Assembly (NCBI GenBank): GCA_963842085.1
Contig: CAWJET010000001.1
Span: 864,001-928,000, forward strand
From: an uncultured delta proteobacterium
Lineage (GTDB): Bacteria; Desulfobacterota; Binatia; Binatales; Binataceae
DNA: 64,000 bases
Reading direction: 5' to 3'
The notes beneath the pieces are model-generated. The model saw only the letters and a program-made list of their open reading frames with translations, did no database searches and was not told where the DNA came from. Below, in pieces: positions 1-12,769 of this stretch (its first letter is position 1; every line of letters starts with the position of its first letter). A program made the position numbers and the translations under genes.

Positions 1-1016
1 GCGATCGAGACCTCGCGATGCTCGAAGGTGCCGGGGCTGACCTCGACGAACGCGTAATAGTTGTCAATGTCGAATACAAGGGCGTCCTGGGGGATTACCA
101 GCGCCTCGCCGGGGCGGGTGACGATGCTGACTTTCGCGAGCATCTGCGGCTTGAGCCGCGCGCCGGGATTTTTCACCTCGCAGCGGATTTGCAGCGTGTG
201 CGTGGTGGGATCGATGTTCGGGCTGATGCGGTCGATCACTCCGGAAAACACTTCGTCGGGAAACGCGGTCGTCACGGCCGACAGCTCCTGGCCGACGTGC
301 ACGCGGGCGAGATCGTCCTCGTAGATGTCGCCGGTGATCCAGACGTCCTCGAGCGTGCCGAGCGTGAACAGCACGTCGCCCGGGTTGACGGCTGCTCCGC
401 GTTGCGCCTTGTTGTCCACCACGGTGCCGCTGATAGGCGCGCGCATCCAGACCGTAGGGTCGGGCGCCGTGACGGCTTTGATGTCAGCGTCGCTCATTCC
501 GAGCAATTCCAGTTTGCGTTTGGCGGCCAGCTGTAAGGCGCCGGCAAAGTCCGTCGAAGCACCGACTCCGGGCGCCGCGATCAGAGTCGAGGACTCATGC
601 GCCTGGAGATACTCGGCTTCCGCGGTCATGAAGTCGGGACTGTAGAGCGCGAGTATTTTTTCCCCGCGGCGAACGTTGTCCCACTGCGAGACCCGGGTTG
701 CCTCGATTCGCCCCTGCACGCGCGAAACGATCGTCGAGACCCGGCGATCGTCGTAGGTAATCTGGCCGGTCGTTTCCAGGATGCCCGGCAGCTCGACATT
801 CTGCACCTCAACCATCTTGAGGCCCGGAACGTCGCCGGCATTGAACTGGAGCAGCTCGACGCCCTGCTGTCGCACCAGCCGCACCACCGGGGTTGCTTCT
901 GCGACCGGCGCGTCACGGCCGGGCGAGTCCCCGTGGCATCCGCCGGCGACAATCGCTGCAGCTACGGCGGCTGCCAGCGCGGCGAGGGCGATGGGATTGA
1001 GGGCGAGGCGGCTCAT
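1..1016 (-). CDS. Efflux RND transporter periplasmic adaptor (membrane fusion protein, CusB/CzcB-like); runs off the left edge
   Basis: Not in the ORF track. ATG at 1016 overlaps the TolC stop (ATGA). Reads MSRLALNPIALAALAAAVAAAIVAGGC...TTGQITYDDRRVSTIVSRVQGRIE...LYSPDFMTAEAEYL, typical of an MFP with a lipoprotein-like signal. Confidence 0.85.
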   Translation of the reverse strand, partial: MSRLALNPIALAALAAAVAAAIVAGGCHGDSPGRDAPVAEATPVVRLVRQQGVELLQFNAGDVPGLKMVEVQNVELPGILETTGQITYDDRRVSTIVSRVQGRIEATRVSQWDNVRRGEKILALYSPDFMTAEAEYLQAHESSTLIAAPGVGASTDFAGALQLAAKRKLELLGMSDADIKAVTAPDPTVWMRAPISGTVVDNKAQRGAAVNPGDVLFTLGTLEDVWITGDIYEDDLARVHVGQELSAVTTAFPDEVFSGVIDRISPNIDPTTHTLQIRCEVKNPGARLKPQMLAKVSIVTRPGEALVIPQDALVFDIDNYYAFVEVSPGTFEHREVSI

Positions 1017-2290
1017 TGATGCAACGGTGCTCCAATGGCCTGCTCGAGTGAAACTTCGCCGGCCAGAAATTGATTTGCCGCCTGCAAGTAACTCACGCGC
1101 GCACCGAATTCGCTTTGCAGCACAGTCGAGAGGGTCACGAAATCGATTTTACCAGACTGATAGGCGGTCAGCGCGACTCGAAAATTCTGCCGCGCCAGCG
1201 GAATCAGCGAATCGCGATAGAGGATCGCGGTTTCGTAGGCATACTGCGCGTTGCGAAACAGCGTGGTGACCGCCGCGGCCGTCTGGATTCTGATCAGATC
1301 CTGGTTCGAGCGCGCTGCCGCCAGGCTGGCCTTCGCTCGCGCCACATCCTCATTCTGGTGCAGCCAGAAGAAGATTGGCACATTGAAGCCAATGGAGCTG
1401 AACCAGTAGTTGAATTTGTTAGGTTGAGGCCCGGCGCTGCTGAGAGTGTACTGATCGTTGCCAATGCCGGCGGTGAAATCGGGCAGGTATTCCATCTTCG
1501 CCAGGTAGAGCGCGGTGTTCGCGCTGCGCTGCGCGAGCGCCGCTTCGAGAATCTCCTGCCGCGCCACGTAGGCGCGATCGATGAGCGCATCGAGCGGATA
1601 GTTGAGTCTTTCGAGGTTCAGCGTTCGATCCACCGACAGCGGCGAGCCTACCGGGCGATAGAGCTGCAGATTCAATGCGGTCTCATCGTTCGCAACCGCC
1701 GTCCGGTACTGGTGTTGAAGCTGGCGCGCCGCGGCGAGATCGAACTCGGCGCTTATCACGTCGGTCTGCGGCACCGCCGAGGCTGAGTAAGCCGTCTCGG
1801 CGACTCTGATCACTTGATCGAGATTCTGGACGTTCTCGGCATTGACGTCGCTCAGGGCCTGATCGAGTACCAACTGAAAATAGCCGGTCTCCGTCGCGGC
1901 GCGGACGTCGCGGACTGTTGCGGCGAGCATAAGATGGGCAATTTCCGCGGCATCGATCGCTTGATCGCGCTGATGGAACGCCTTGCCCGGAAACTGAAAG
2001 GATTCGGTCAGGCTGAATGAGTGCAAGGCCGGGCGACCGAACGGATTACTGACGCTGTCGGTATTCGAATAGGCAAAAATTGGATCGTTCGGCGCAACGG
2101 TCTGCTTGATCGAATGGAGCGCGGTGTCCCAATTGTAGCGGGCCGTCTTGACCTGCGGATTCGCCTCGATTGCGATTTCGACGAGCTGGGCTTCGGAAAG
2201 CGGAGCGTCCGCGGCGCGCGCGAGCGAGGCGACCGGCGCAATAGCCGCGATCGCAATCATCAGAGCACCGCCGAGCTTCATCGTTCGCAT
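1013..2290 (-). CDS. TolC family outer membrane efflux protein
   Basis: Signal peptide and two OEP-like helical repeats (ANPQV..., YLPDF..., YQSGKIDF). Start set at 2290 by an AGGAG RBS. Confidence 0.85.
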   Translation of the reverse strand: MRTMKLGGALMIAIAAIAPVASLARAADAPLSEAQLVEIAIEANPQVKTARYNWDTALHSIKQTVAPNDPIFAYSNTDSVSNPFGRPALHSFSLTESFQFPGKAFHQRDQAIDAAEIAHLMLAATVRDVRAATETGYFQLVLDQALSDVNAENVQNLDQVIRVAETAYSASAVPQTDVISAEFDLAAARQLQHQYRTAVANDETALNLQLYRPVGSPLSVDRTLNLERLNYPLDALIDRAYVARQEILEAALAQRSANTALYLAKMEYLPDFTAGIGNDQYTLSSAGPQPNKFNYWFSSIGFNVPIFFWLHQNEDVARAKASLAAARSNQDLIRIQTAAAVTTLFRNAQYAYETAILYRDSLIPLARQNFRVALTAYQSGKIDFVTLSTVLQSEFGARVSYLQAANQFLAGEVSLEQAIGAPLHQ

Positions 2291-2493
2291 CGGAACTCCT
2301 CGGTTCACGCCGTCCATAACGATACGTCGCCGGATCGGAAAGGTTCCATCGCCGTGTCCCGGATCGGTTACATAGGCCGCGCCGGGTCTGCAATCGACAG
2401 TCAATTAAACCGGTTTGAATAGAAGACCGAAAGAACCCCTGCGGACCGCATAATGCAATGGTGCGGGAATCGGGTCGGCGCCGATCGGGCGAG

Positions 2494-3051
2494 TCAGTGG
2501 CCGGCGTTGCCGGCGACTTTGGCTTTTGCGGCTGCGCTCTGCATCGAGCGGATGTACATCACTACCTGCCAGCGCTGCTCGGGCGTCATTTCTTCAGTGT
2601 ACGAGGGCATCGCCAGGTTGCCGTCGCGGATAGTGCCGTAGATATAGCCGTCGGGAAGATCCTTGCTCGTACCAGTGACCAAATTTTTCGGGTGCTTTGC
2701 CAGGATATGCGCGACGGGGCCGTTACCCTGCGCCGATTCCCCGTGACACGGCGCGCAGTAGGTGTTGAACAGTTTTTTACCTTTCGCGAGATTTCCCGGC
2801 GTCGCCTGCAGGGGATTGTGCATCTTGATCGTCGCCTGCTCGAGGCTCATCGGCGGTTCTCCACCATGGACGGGAAGCGTATCCGCCGGAGTAACGCGCG
2901 GCGCCATGGCGAACGGCTGAATCTCAGGCCCGCGGTACATGTCGATACTCCACGGGAAACAATTGGCCGGCACGGGCACTGCCGCGAGCGCAATCGCAGC
3001 GGCGAGCATCATGCTCCCGACGCGAATCGTCCTGGCGGGCGGACCAGTCAC
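2494..3051 (-). CDS. Periplasmic monoheme cytochrome c (ActE-like)
   Basis: Signal peptide, single CAPCH heme motif, distal Met in AMPSY, C-terminal RWQVVMYIR. Confidence 0.85.
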   Translation of the reverse strand: MTGPPARTIRVGSMMLAAAIALAAVPVPANCFPWSIDMYRGPEIQPFAMAPRVTPADTLPVHGGEPPMSLEQATIKMHNPLQATPGNLAKGKKLFNTYCAPCHGESAQGNGPVAHILAKHPKNLVTGTSKDLPDGYIYGTIRDGNLAMPSYTEEMTPEQRWQVVMYIRSMQSAAAKAKVAGNAGH

Positions 3052-3072
3052 GCTTCTGAAAATCTCCCGGCT

Positions 3073-3531
3073 CTACTTCTTGACGACAACCACCCCGACC
3101 ATACCGTCCTTCTCATGCGGAAGGCAAAAGTAACGGTACTTGCCCGGTACTGTGAACGTCTGGCTGTACTCGCCGCCGGGCGGGATGAAGCCCGAGTCAA
3201 ACGCCACCGCGCCCTTTGGTATCGACGTGTCCTTGGGGTTCTGGGCGATAGCGGCGTTGGTCGAGACAGCATGGATCTCCTGGCCGTCGTTAACCCATTT
3301 CACGGTATCGCCAGGTTTTATCACAACCTCTTTGGGGGTGTAGACCGGTGGCTTGTCAGTCATCTTGACTACGATTGGATTGACTGCCGCATTGGCAGGA
3401 TTGGGCAGCAGCGCGAGGGCCGCTGCGATCGCGGCGGCCGCGGCGACGATCGCGACGCGAACAACAATGCGAGCGCGCGACTTGCGCGAAGACGCCGCCG
3501 CGATACGGAAATCGATCGTGGAACTAGCCAT
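3073..3531 (-). CDS. Cupredoxin (plastocyanin/azurin family blue copper protein)
   Basis: Signal peptide; type-1 Cu ligands H(AV)...C(LP)H...M; AGGAGAG RBS. Confidence 0.88.
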   Translation of the reverse strand: MASSTIDFRIAAASSRKSRARIVVRVAIVAAAAAIAAALALLPNPANAAVNPIVVKMTDKPPVYTPKEVVIKPGDTVKWVNDGQEIHAVSTNAAIAQNPKDTSIPKGAVAFDSGFIPPGGEYSQTFTVPGKYRYFCLPHEKDGMVGVVVVKK

Positions 3532-3648
3532 TGCTCTCCTTCTGTCTGAGGCCGGTCTCCCGGCACTAATATTCCTCGCTCGCAGGGTCGCACAGCTTGA
3601 GCATTAGCCAAGCTCATTGGACGGTCAGCCGAGCATCACACTGTCTAA

Positions 3649-3676
3649 AGTTTAACGCTGATTTTCAGCGACGCAA
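3649..3676 (-). promoter_or_regulatory. Putative sigma70 promoter of the cupredoxin cluster with a palindrome in the spacer
   Basis: TTGCGT-16 nt-TAAACT on the minus strand; spacer contains CGCTGA-N3-TCAGCG. Confidence 0.4.
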
Positions 3677-3750
3677 GAGGTCGTGCCAGCGCCTGAGCAG
3701 GCAGCTCAGCCGCGAACGACTTTCGTTAAATCTGATTTGAAAACAGCTAC

Positions 3751-6363
<2,613 letters not shown>

Positions 6364-6515
6364 GCGATCGTCAGTTTTTCCCTGCAGATTAACCTAACCA
6401 CTTTCTCGCTAAGGGCAAAGCGAAATCCACCCTTGTGCAGCGACAATCAAACCTGCGCCCGAGTGCGGGGATCGCAGTCGGGCGCAAGTACCTGCTTTTG
6501 CTGGCAGCGAACGAG

Positions 6516-7349
6516 CTAGATATTCACGATGGGCGCGGCGGGTGCGCGCACCGTGCGGCGATCCGCTCGCACGCGGCGAGTAGCCGCGGGCGCCGGCTCG
6601 AATGCGGGATGGAGTGCGGGCTCGCGGGGCGCAGCCGCCGCGCCGTTGGCCGGCTTCTGTGCGGCGATGAGGATATGGCGCCGTCCCTCGCGAATCAGCA
6701 AACCGCGGTCGGTCATCTCGGTGAGCAGCTTGCTGACCATCGGGCGTGAGCTGCCGATCATCTCGGCGAGTTCCTCCTGCGCGAGTTCGGGCAGCAGCAG
6801 CGTTCCGCGGGAATCGGGCACGCCGAAGCGCTCGGCGAGTTCGCCCAAAACAATCTCGAGCCGTTTGCGCAGCGACATTCCCAAAAACGTCGCGTAGCGA
6901 TAAACGACCGACGACCACATCGAATTGATCGCTTCGGTTATTCGGAGCAACGCTTCAGGTTCCAGCCCCTTGAGCACTTCCGAAATCTGATGACGCGTGA
7001 ACAGCGCAACGCAGGTGTTGGTCAGCGCGGTCGCCTCGAACAGCTGCGAACGCTCGCCGTCCGCGTCGGCAAAATCGGCATAGCCAACCAGGTCGCCGGG
7101 ACCGGCCAGCTCGACCAGCACGGGGTCGCTGCCGGGACGCGAGCTATGAACTTTGACCAGGCCGGTCAGCACGGCGAAGACGACGTCGGCCGGCGAGCCC
7201 ATCGTGAACAGCTCGGTGCCCTTGGGATAGCGCACCAGCATGTGGCGCTCGAGCAGCGCGGTCGCCGCCTGACGCGGCAGTCCCATCGATGAAAGCCTGG
7301 TTAGCAGCCTTTCCTGAGCCTGCGCCGAGACCTGAAGGTTCATAGGCAT
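6516..7349 (-). CDS. Crp/Fnr family transcriptional regulator
   Basis: cNMP-binding-like domain plus HTH (QEELAEMIGSSRPMVSKLL); Ala/Pro-rich tail. Confidence 0.88.
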   Translation of the reverse strand: MPMNLQVSAQAQERLLTRLSSMGLPRQAATALLERHMLVRYPKGTELFTMGSPADVVFAVLTGLVKVHSSRPGSDPVLVELAGPGDLVGYADFADADGERSQLFEATALTNTCVALFTRHQISEVLKGLEPEALLRITEAINSMWSSVVYRYATFLGMSLRKRLEIVLGELAERFGVPDSRGTLLLPELAQEELAEMIGSSRPMVSKLLTEMTDRGLLIREGRRHILIAAQKPANGAAAAPREPALHPAFEPAPAATRRVRADRRTVRAPAAPIVNI

Positions 7350-7403
7350 CTCCCCTACGGCTGCACCATATAACGGCCGGTGTGTGTAATTAAACCCTAC
7401 AAA

Positions 7404-7432
7404 AAGTTATCTCAGATTTGCGGCTGCGTCAA
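7404..7432 (-). promoter_or_regulatory. Putative sigma70 promoter of the Crp/Fnr gene
   Basis: TTGACG-17 nt-TAACTT. Confidence 0.5.
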
Positions 7433-7469
7433 GCGGCGGCGAATACCGGTAATAAATTATCGCAAGCGC

Positions 7470-8819
7470 TCAGGCGCCGGCGATCGTCATCTCGGCTATC
7501 TTGATCGTGGGCGCGGCGGTGGATGAGCGCCAGCTCAGGTCGTTGCCGATCATTTCGACGCCGGCGAGCATGTCCTTCAGGTTGCCCGCGATGGTGATTT
7601 CATTCACCGGGTAGGCCAGTTCGCCGTTCTCGATCCATATCCCGCCCGCGCCCCGCGAATAGTCCCCGGTGACCATGTTCACGCCGAAACCGATGGTCTC
7701 GGTCAGGTAGAGGCCCTGCTTGACGGAGCCGATTATCTGCGCGGGCGAATAGCTGCCCGGCTCGAGGTAGAGGTTGGCGGTCGAGACGCTGGGCGCCTCG
7801 CCGACCGAGCGCGCGGCGTTGCCGGTGGGAGCGAGGCCGAGCTTGCGCGCCGAATAGCAGTCCAGCAGGTAGGTCGCGAGCACGCCTTTGTCGACCACGT
7901 TCTTGCGGGAGGTCGGCAGACCCTCGCCGTCGAACGGCTTGGAGCCGAGACCGCCGGGAATCAGCGCGTCGTCGACGATGGTGACGCCGGCGGCGGCAAT
8001 CGTTTTGCTCAACTGTCCCAACAGGAATGACGCTCCCTTGTACAGTGAGGGTCCCGAGGCGGCGCCGGCGATCGAGCGAATCAAGCCGGCCGCCATGTCG
8101 GGATCGAAGACGACCGGCGCGTGCGTGGTCTTGATCTTGCGGGCTCCGAGCCGGCGGAGCGCGCGCCTGGCAGCGGTTATTCCGACCGACTCCGCATCTT
8201 CGAGTTTTCCGAAGCGGCGGTTCGAGGTGTACCAGAATCCCTGTTGCATCGCGTCCCCATCTTGCGCGATCGGCGCCACAACAAGGCTGTACGAAGTGCC
8301 GGAATACTCGCCGGAAAACCCATGGCTGTTGGCGAACAGCACCTGGTAGCGCCCGGAGCTGAATTCGGCGCCCTCGGAATTCTTCATCCGCGCATCGAAC
8401 TTCAGCGCTGCGTTCTCAGCCGTGCGCGCGATCTCCAGCGCGCGATCCGCAGGCACTATTCCGCTGTCGGGATCCGCCAGCGATAGCTCGGGCAATGACT
8501 TCGGATGCATCGACGGGTCGGGCAATCCCGCCCATGGATCAGGGGCCGACAGGCGCGCAAGCTCGACAGTGTTCGCGACGAAATCGCCGAGCGAGTCGCG
8601 CTCGATTTCGGCCGTCGACGACGTGGCGGAAGATTGTCCGCAAAACACGCGCAGACCAAGACGACGCTCGCGCGAGCTCTTGAGTTTCTCGACATCGCCC
8701 AGGCGCACGCCGGCGGCGAGAGACTCCGCCGTAACGCACAATACCTCCGCCGCACTGGCGCCCTTGCGCCTGGCCTCATCGAGCACCCAATTGGCGAGCT
8801 CAATATCAACGGTCGCCAT
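7470..8819 (-). CDS. pmbA: TldD/PmbA family protein PmbA (TldE)
   Basis: FDGEG, TGNA, TGDYSRGA motifs; no HExxH; downstream of tldD. Confidence 0.92.
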   Translation of the reverse strand: MATVDIELANWVLDEARRKGASAAEVLCVTAESLAAGVRLGDVEKLKSSRERRLGLRVFCGQSSATSSTAEIERDSLGDFVANTVELARLSAPDPWAGLPDPSMHPKSLPELSLADPDSGIVPADRALEIARTAENAALKFDARMKNSEGAEFSSGRYQVLFANSHGFSGEYSGTSYSLVVAPIAQDGDAMQQGFWYTSNRRFGKLEDAESVGITAARRALRRLGARKIKTTHAPVVFDPDMAAGLIRSIAGAASGPSLYKGASFLLGQLSKTIAAAGVTIVDDALIPGGLGSKPFDGEGLPTSRKNVVDKGVLATYLLDCYSARKLGLAPTGNAARSVGEAPSVSTANLYLEPGSYSPAQIIGSVKQGLYLTETIGFGVNMVTGDYSRGAGGIWIENGELAYPVNEITIAGNLKDMLAGVEMIGNDLSWRSSTAAPTIKIAEMTIAGA

Positions 8820-8847
8820 CAGATTATTCTCACTCTCATACCAATTG

Positions 8848-10296
8848 TCAGGCGCGCGTGCCGCCGACCGTTATGCCGTCGATTCGAATCGTGGGCAGGC
8901 CCACGCCCACCGGCACCGATTGGCCGTCCTTGCCGCAAGTGCCGACACCGGCGTCGAGCGCCAGGTTGTTGCCGACCATCGAGACGCGAGTCAGCACGTC
9001 GGGGCCGTTGCCGATAAGCGTCGCGCCCTTCACGGGCCGCGTCACCTGGCCGTCCTCGATCAGGTAAGCCTCGCTCGCGGAGAAGACAAATTTGCCGTTG
9101 GTGATATCGACCTGTCCGCCGCCAAAGTTGACAGCGTAGAGGCCGTGCTTGACCGACTTGATTATCTCCTCGGGCGTCGATTCGCCGTTGAGCATGAAGG
9201 TGTTGGTCATTCGGGGCATCGGCGAATGCGCGAAGCTCTCGCGCCTGCCGTTGCCGGTGGGCGTCATCTTCATGAGCCGAGCGTTCATCCGATCCTGCAG
9301 ATAGCCGCGCAGGATTCCTTTTTCGATCAGCACCGTGCGCGAAGTGGGCGTGCCTTCGTCGTCAACGTTCAGGCTGCCGCGGCGATTCGGGATGGTGCCG
9401 TCGTCGATCACGGTGCATAGCTCGCTCGCGACTTTCTGGCCGATTCGATTCGCAAATGCCGAGACTCCTTTGCGGTTGAAGTCGCCTTCGAGCCCATGGC
9501 CAATCGCCTCGTGAAGCAGAATCCCGGGCCATCCCGGGCCGAGCACGACGACCATCTCGCCCGCGGGCGCGTCAACGGCGTCGAGATTGACGATCGCCTG
9601 CCGCGCCGCTTCGAGCGCGTACTCGCGCCAGCGATCGTTTTCGATGAAGTAGTTCCACTCGACGCGCCCGCCGCCGCCGTAGGAGCCCATCTGGCGGCCC
9701 TTGCCGTCGTCGGCAATAACAGTGACGTTGAGCCGGCACAGCGGCTGCACATCCGCGGCGACCTGCCCGTCGCTCCTCACGATCATCACGATCTTGCGCT
9801 CGCACGCGAACGACGCCATCACGTTCTTTACGCGCGGATCGGACGCGCGCGCGATGCGATCGATCTCGCTCAGCAGCCTGGCGCGCTCCTGCACGGGAAC
9901 CTCAAGCGGCGTGCTCGGGAGATCGTAGAGAGCATGACGCGCGACCGGTGCGCCGACCTGCACCGTGGCGGGCGTCGTGCCGCGCTGATCGGCAATCGCG
10001 CGCGCAGCCTCGGCTGCAAGCCGCATCCTGTCGATCGTGACTTCGTCGGAGTACGCGTAGCCGGTGCGATCCTCGGCGCACACGCGCACGCCGACGCCGT
10101 GGCTGACGCTCTTGCTGGTGTGATTCACCATCGATTCTTCGAGCCCGAGGCCCTCGGCGCTGCGGTACTCGAAGTAGAGATCGGCGTAGTCGGCCTTGCG
10201 TTCGAGCGCGCTGCCAAGAATTCGCTCGAGCGCGCCGTGGTTCATGCCGAATCGATTCAGAAAAAATTTATCGGGAGCAACGAGCTCGTTGGACAT
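8848..10296 (-). CDS. tldD: Metalloprotease TldD
   Basis: HEAIGH, DDEG, PRMTNT, CGKDGQ motifs. Confidence 0.96.
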   Translation of the reverse strand: MSNELVAPDKFFLNRFGMNHGALERILGSALERKADYADLYFEYRSAEGLGLEESMVNHTSKSVSHGVGVRVCAEDRTGYAYSDEVTIDRMRLAAEAARAIADQRGTTPATVQVGAPVARHALYDLPSTPLEVPVQERARLLSEIDRIARASDPRVKNVMASFACERKIVMIVRSDGQVAADVQPLCRLNVTVIADDGKGRQMGSYGGGGRVEWNYFIENDRWREYALEAARQAIVNLDAVDAPAGEMVVVLGPGWPGILLHEAIGHGLEGDFNRKGVSAFANRIGQKVASELCTVIDDGTIPNRRGSLNVDDEGTPTSRTVLIEKGILRGYLQDRMNARLMKMTPTGNGRRESFAHSPMPRMTNTFMLNGESTPEEIIKSVKHGLYAVNFGGGQVDITNGKFVFSASEAYLIEDGQVTRPVKGATLIGNGPDVLTRVSMVGNNLALDAGVGTCGKDGQSVPVGVGLPTIRIDGITVGGTRA

Positions 10297-10373
10297 TATA
10301 TTTGCCGCCTGTTAATCAACATTATCAAACCGCGCACTCGCCAAGAAGGTGCTCCCTGCGTTACGATTCGCAA

Positions 10374-10613
10374 GTGGCCTCGCGGGAAACGCTGGCGCTG
10401 ATCGATCGTCTGATGCTCGAAATGATCGCGCAGCAGGAGAGCAAGGTCCTCGCGATGGCGCGGGCGATTCATCCGGGGCTCACCGCCGAGGACATCCGCA
10501 ATCCGAACGACTTCGCCGACCTGATGGCGAGCGGCGAGTGGAATTTCGAGGATGGAATCCTGTCCGGGCTCAAGAGCGCGCACATGGCGCTGCGTGCGAA
10601 GCTGCTCGAATAA
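10374..10613 (+). CDS. Small hypothetical protein
   Basis: Host-like codon usage; helical ~79 aa protein; GTG start at 10374 uncertain. Confidence 0.65.
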   Translation: MASRETLALIDRLMLEMIAQQESKVLAMARAIHPGLTAEDIRNPNDFADLMASGEWNFEDGILSGLKSAHMALRAKLLE

Positions 10614-10625
10614 TGGCGAAGTCCC

Positions 10626-11045
10626 TCAGGACTTCACTTTCCTGGAAGGTTTCGACTTGCCAGAGCTGTTGAGGGCGACCGCTTCGCGAACGAGCGCCTT
10701 GAAGGCGGACTCGTCAACTTCTTCTCCTTCGTGGATGTCGATCGCGCGGCGCAAGTTTCCGTCGAGACTCGAGTTGAAGAGACGGGCCGGATCCTTCAGA
10801 GTCGCGCCCTTGGCGAAGGTAAGCTTCACGACGTTCTTGTAGGATTCGCCGGTGCAGATGATGCCGTCGTGCGACCAAACCGGAGTGCCCATCCACTTCC
10901 ACTCCTCGACGACGTCCGGGTCTGCTTGCTTGATGAGCTTGCGTATTCTGCTGAGGGTTTCCCCGCGCCAATCCCGGAGTTCGGCGATTCTTTTCGAGAT
11001 GAGCTCCGATGCCGACTGGCCTTGGCTCGCGCCCGACTTTTTCAT
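10626..11045 (-). CDS. DUF1801 (YdhG-like) domain protein
   Basis: DWRGETL..IR..I..ADP...[11 protein letters not shown]...KGATL.DP..LFN pattern. Confidence 0.85.
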   Translation of the reverse strand: MKKSGASQGQSASELISKRIAELRDWRGETLSRIRKLIKQADPDVVEEWKWMGTPVWSHDGIICTGESYKNVVKLTFAKGATLKDPARLFNSSLDGNLRRAIDIHEGEEVDESAFKALVREAVALNSSGKSKPSRKVKS

Positions 11046-11113
11046 GTTCGCATCTTGGAAGTTTCAGAAATGTTTAATTTGCTAGACAGCGGAGGATCGT
11101 CCTTCGGCCGCCG

Positions 11114-11147
11114 AATAAGAAAGGCACGAAGAGACGCTCTTCGTGCC
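11114..11147 (-). terminator. Intrinsic terminator ending the alpha operon
   Basis: 11-bp perfect stem GGCACGAAGAG/CTCTTCGTGCC followed by TTTCTTATT on the minus strand, just after rplQ. Confidence 0.75.
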
Positions 11148-11175
11148 CTTGTTTTCGGCGGTCGCCAGCGTTGGA

Positions 11176-11631
11176 TCAGCCGGCGGCGGCCGCGGCTCGA
11201 CGAGGACGCTCGGTGGTCGCGCTTTCTTTCTTCACCGCCGAGCGCTTGCGCGGCTTCTTCGCCTTGGTCTGCTCTTCCTGTCCAGTGAACTCGATGACCG
11301 ACAGCATCGCGGCGTCGCCGCGGCGATGACCGAACTTGATCACTCGCGTATAGCCGCCGTTGCGCTCTTTGAAGCGCGGCGCGATCTCGTCGAACAGCTT
11401 TTTTACAGCTTCATGCGATTGCAGCGCGGCAAACGCACGCCGCCGCGCCGCGAGATCGTTCTGCTTGCCGAGCGTGACCATTCGGTCCGCGATGCGCCGC
11501 AGTTCCTTGGCCTTGGGATCGGTTGTCTTGATTCGCTCGTGACGAATCAGCGCGAGCACCATATTTTTGAACAGCGCCTTGCGATGCGCCGAGGTGCGAT
11601 TGAGCTTGCGGCCCGAGTTGAGATGACGCAT
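11176..11631 (-). CDS. rplQ: 50S ribosomal protein L17
   Basis: [19 protein letters not shown]; basic C-terminal tail. Confidence 0.98.
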   Translation of the reverse strand: MRHLNSGRKLNRTSAHRKALFKNMVLALIRHERIKTTDPKAKELRRIADRMVTLGKQNDLAARRRAFAALQSHEAVKKLFDEIAPRFKERNGGYTRVIKFGHRRGDAAMLSVIEFTGQEEQTKAKKPRKRSAVKKESATTERPRRAAAAAG

Positions 11632-11657
11632 CAGTTACTCCAAACTTGCAAAACGAT

Positions 11658-12686
11658 CTAAGCCGATTCGCGGCGTTCCTGCTCTTCCCACATACGGTCG
11701 AGCTCGCCGCGCGGCGGCAAGTTCTCCAGCCGCATGCCGAGCGATAGCCCCATGTCGGCGAGGACTTCTTTGATCTCGTTGAGCGACTTGCGCCCGAAGT
11801 TTTTGATCTTGAGCATGTCCTGCTCGGTGCGCTGCACCAGCTCGCCGATATACTTGATGTCGGCGTTCTGCAGGCCGTTGAACGCACGCACCGAAATCGG
11901 CAGACCTTCGACGGGGCGATAGAGCAGCTCGCTCATCGTGGGACGGGCCTCGCCGCCCTCGGCCGCGCCGGCGGGTGCTTCGGCCTCTTCCTCGACGCCC
12001 GCGAAAATCGTCATCTGATCGCGCATCACGCGCGCGGCGTAGGTAAGCGCTTCGCGCGGGTTGATCGAGCCGTCGGTCCAAATCTCGAGCGCGAGCCGAT
12101 CGTAGTCGGTGCGCTGGCCGACGCGGGCGTTGGTAACGGTGAAGTTGACTTTGCGAATCGGCGAGAAAATCGCGTCGAGGCGAATCGTCCCGATTGGCTC
12201 CTCCTCTTCGGTGCGCTCGCCGGGAACGTAGCCGCGGCCGCGCTTGATGACGAGTTCCATGTCGAGTTCGGCGCCCTTGTCGAGCGAGGCGATATGCTTG
12301 TCGGGAGTCAGAATTTCCAGGTTCGGTCCGCCGGTGATATCGCGCGCGGTGACCTGCGCCTCGCCCTTGACCTTGAGGGTTGCGGTAATCTGCTCGCCCT
12401 CGTGCAGGCGCAGGCGGATTTCCTTGAGGTTGAGGACGATGTCGGTCACGTCTTCCTTGACGCCGGCCAGGGTCGAGAACTCGTGCAGCACGTTCTTGAT
12501 CCTGACTGCCGTGATCGCGTAGCCGGGCAGGGTGGACAGCAGGATGCGCCGCAGCGCGTTGCCAACGGTGATTCCGTAGCCGCGTTCGAGCGGTTCCGCG
12601 GAAAATTTACCGTAGGAAGGAGTGACTTCCTTCTCGTCGAACTCGACAGCCTTGGGTTTGATCAGATCTCGCCAGTCATTCTGCAT
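11658..12686 (-). CDS. rpoA: RNA polymerase alpha subunit
   Basis: [27 protein letters not shown]; start at MQNDW. Confidence 0.98.
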   Translation of the reverse strand: MQNDWRDLIKPKAVEFDEKEVTPSYGKFSAEPLERGYGITVGNALRRILLSTLPGYAITAVRIKNVLHEFSTLAGVKEDVTDIVLNLKEIRLRLHEGEQITATLKVKGEAQVTARDITGGPNLEILTPDKHIASLDKGAELDMELVIKRGRGYVPGERTEEEEPIGTIRLDAIFSPIRKVNFTVTNARVGQRTDYDRLALEIWTDGSINPREALTYAARVMRDQMTIFAGVEEEAEAPAGAAEGGEARPTMSELLYRPVEGLPISVRAFNGLQNADIKYIGELVQRTEQDMLKIKNFGRKSLNEIKEVLADMGLSLGMRLENLPPRGELDRMWEEQERRESA

Positions 12687-12769
12687 AGTCTGTGCTCTTT
12701 TTTCCGATGGATTTCCCGCGCCCACACAGGTCCACCACGGACCGGGACGCCGAATCGGTTGCCTCCGCC

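Noticed and set aside
3596-3618. TGAGC-N9-GCTCA inverted repeat resembling HAIR/CIRCE near clpB
   Set aside because: Sequence and spacing do not match either element, and it lies downstream of clpB
7470-10296. TldD/PmbA as part of a RiPP cluster
   Set aside because: No YcaO, cyclodehydratase or evident precursor peptide; housekeeping arrangement
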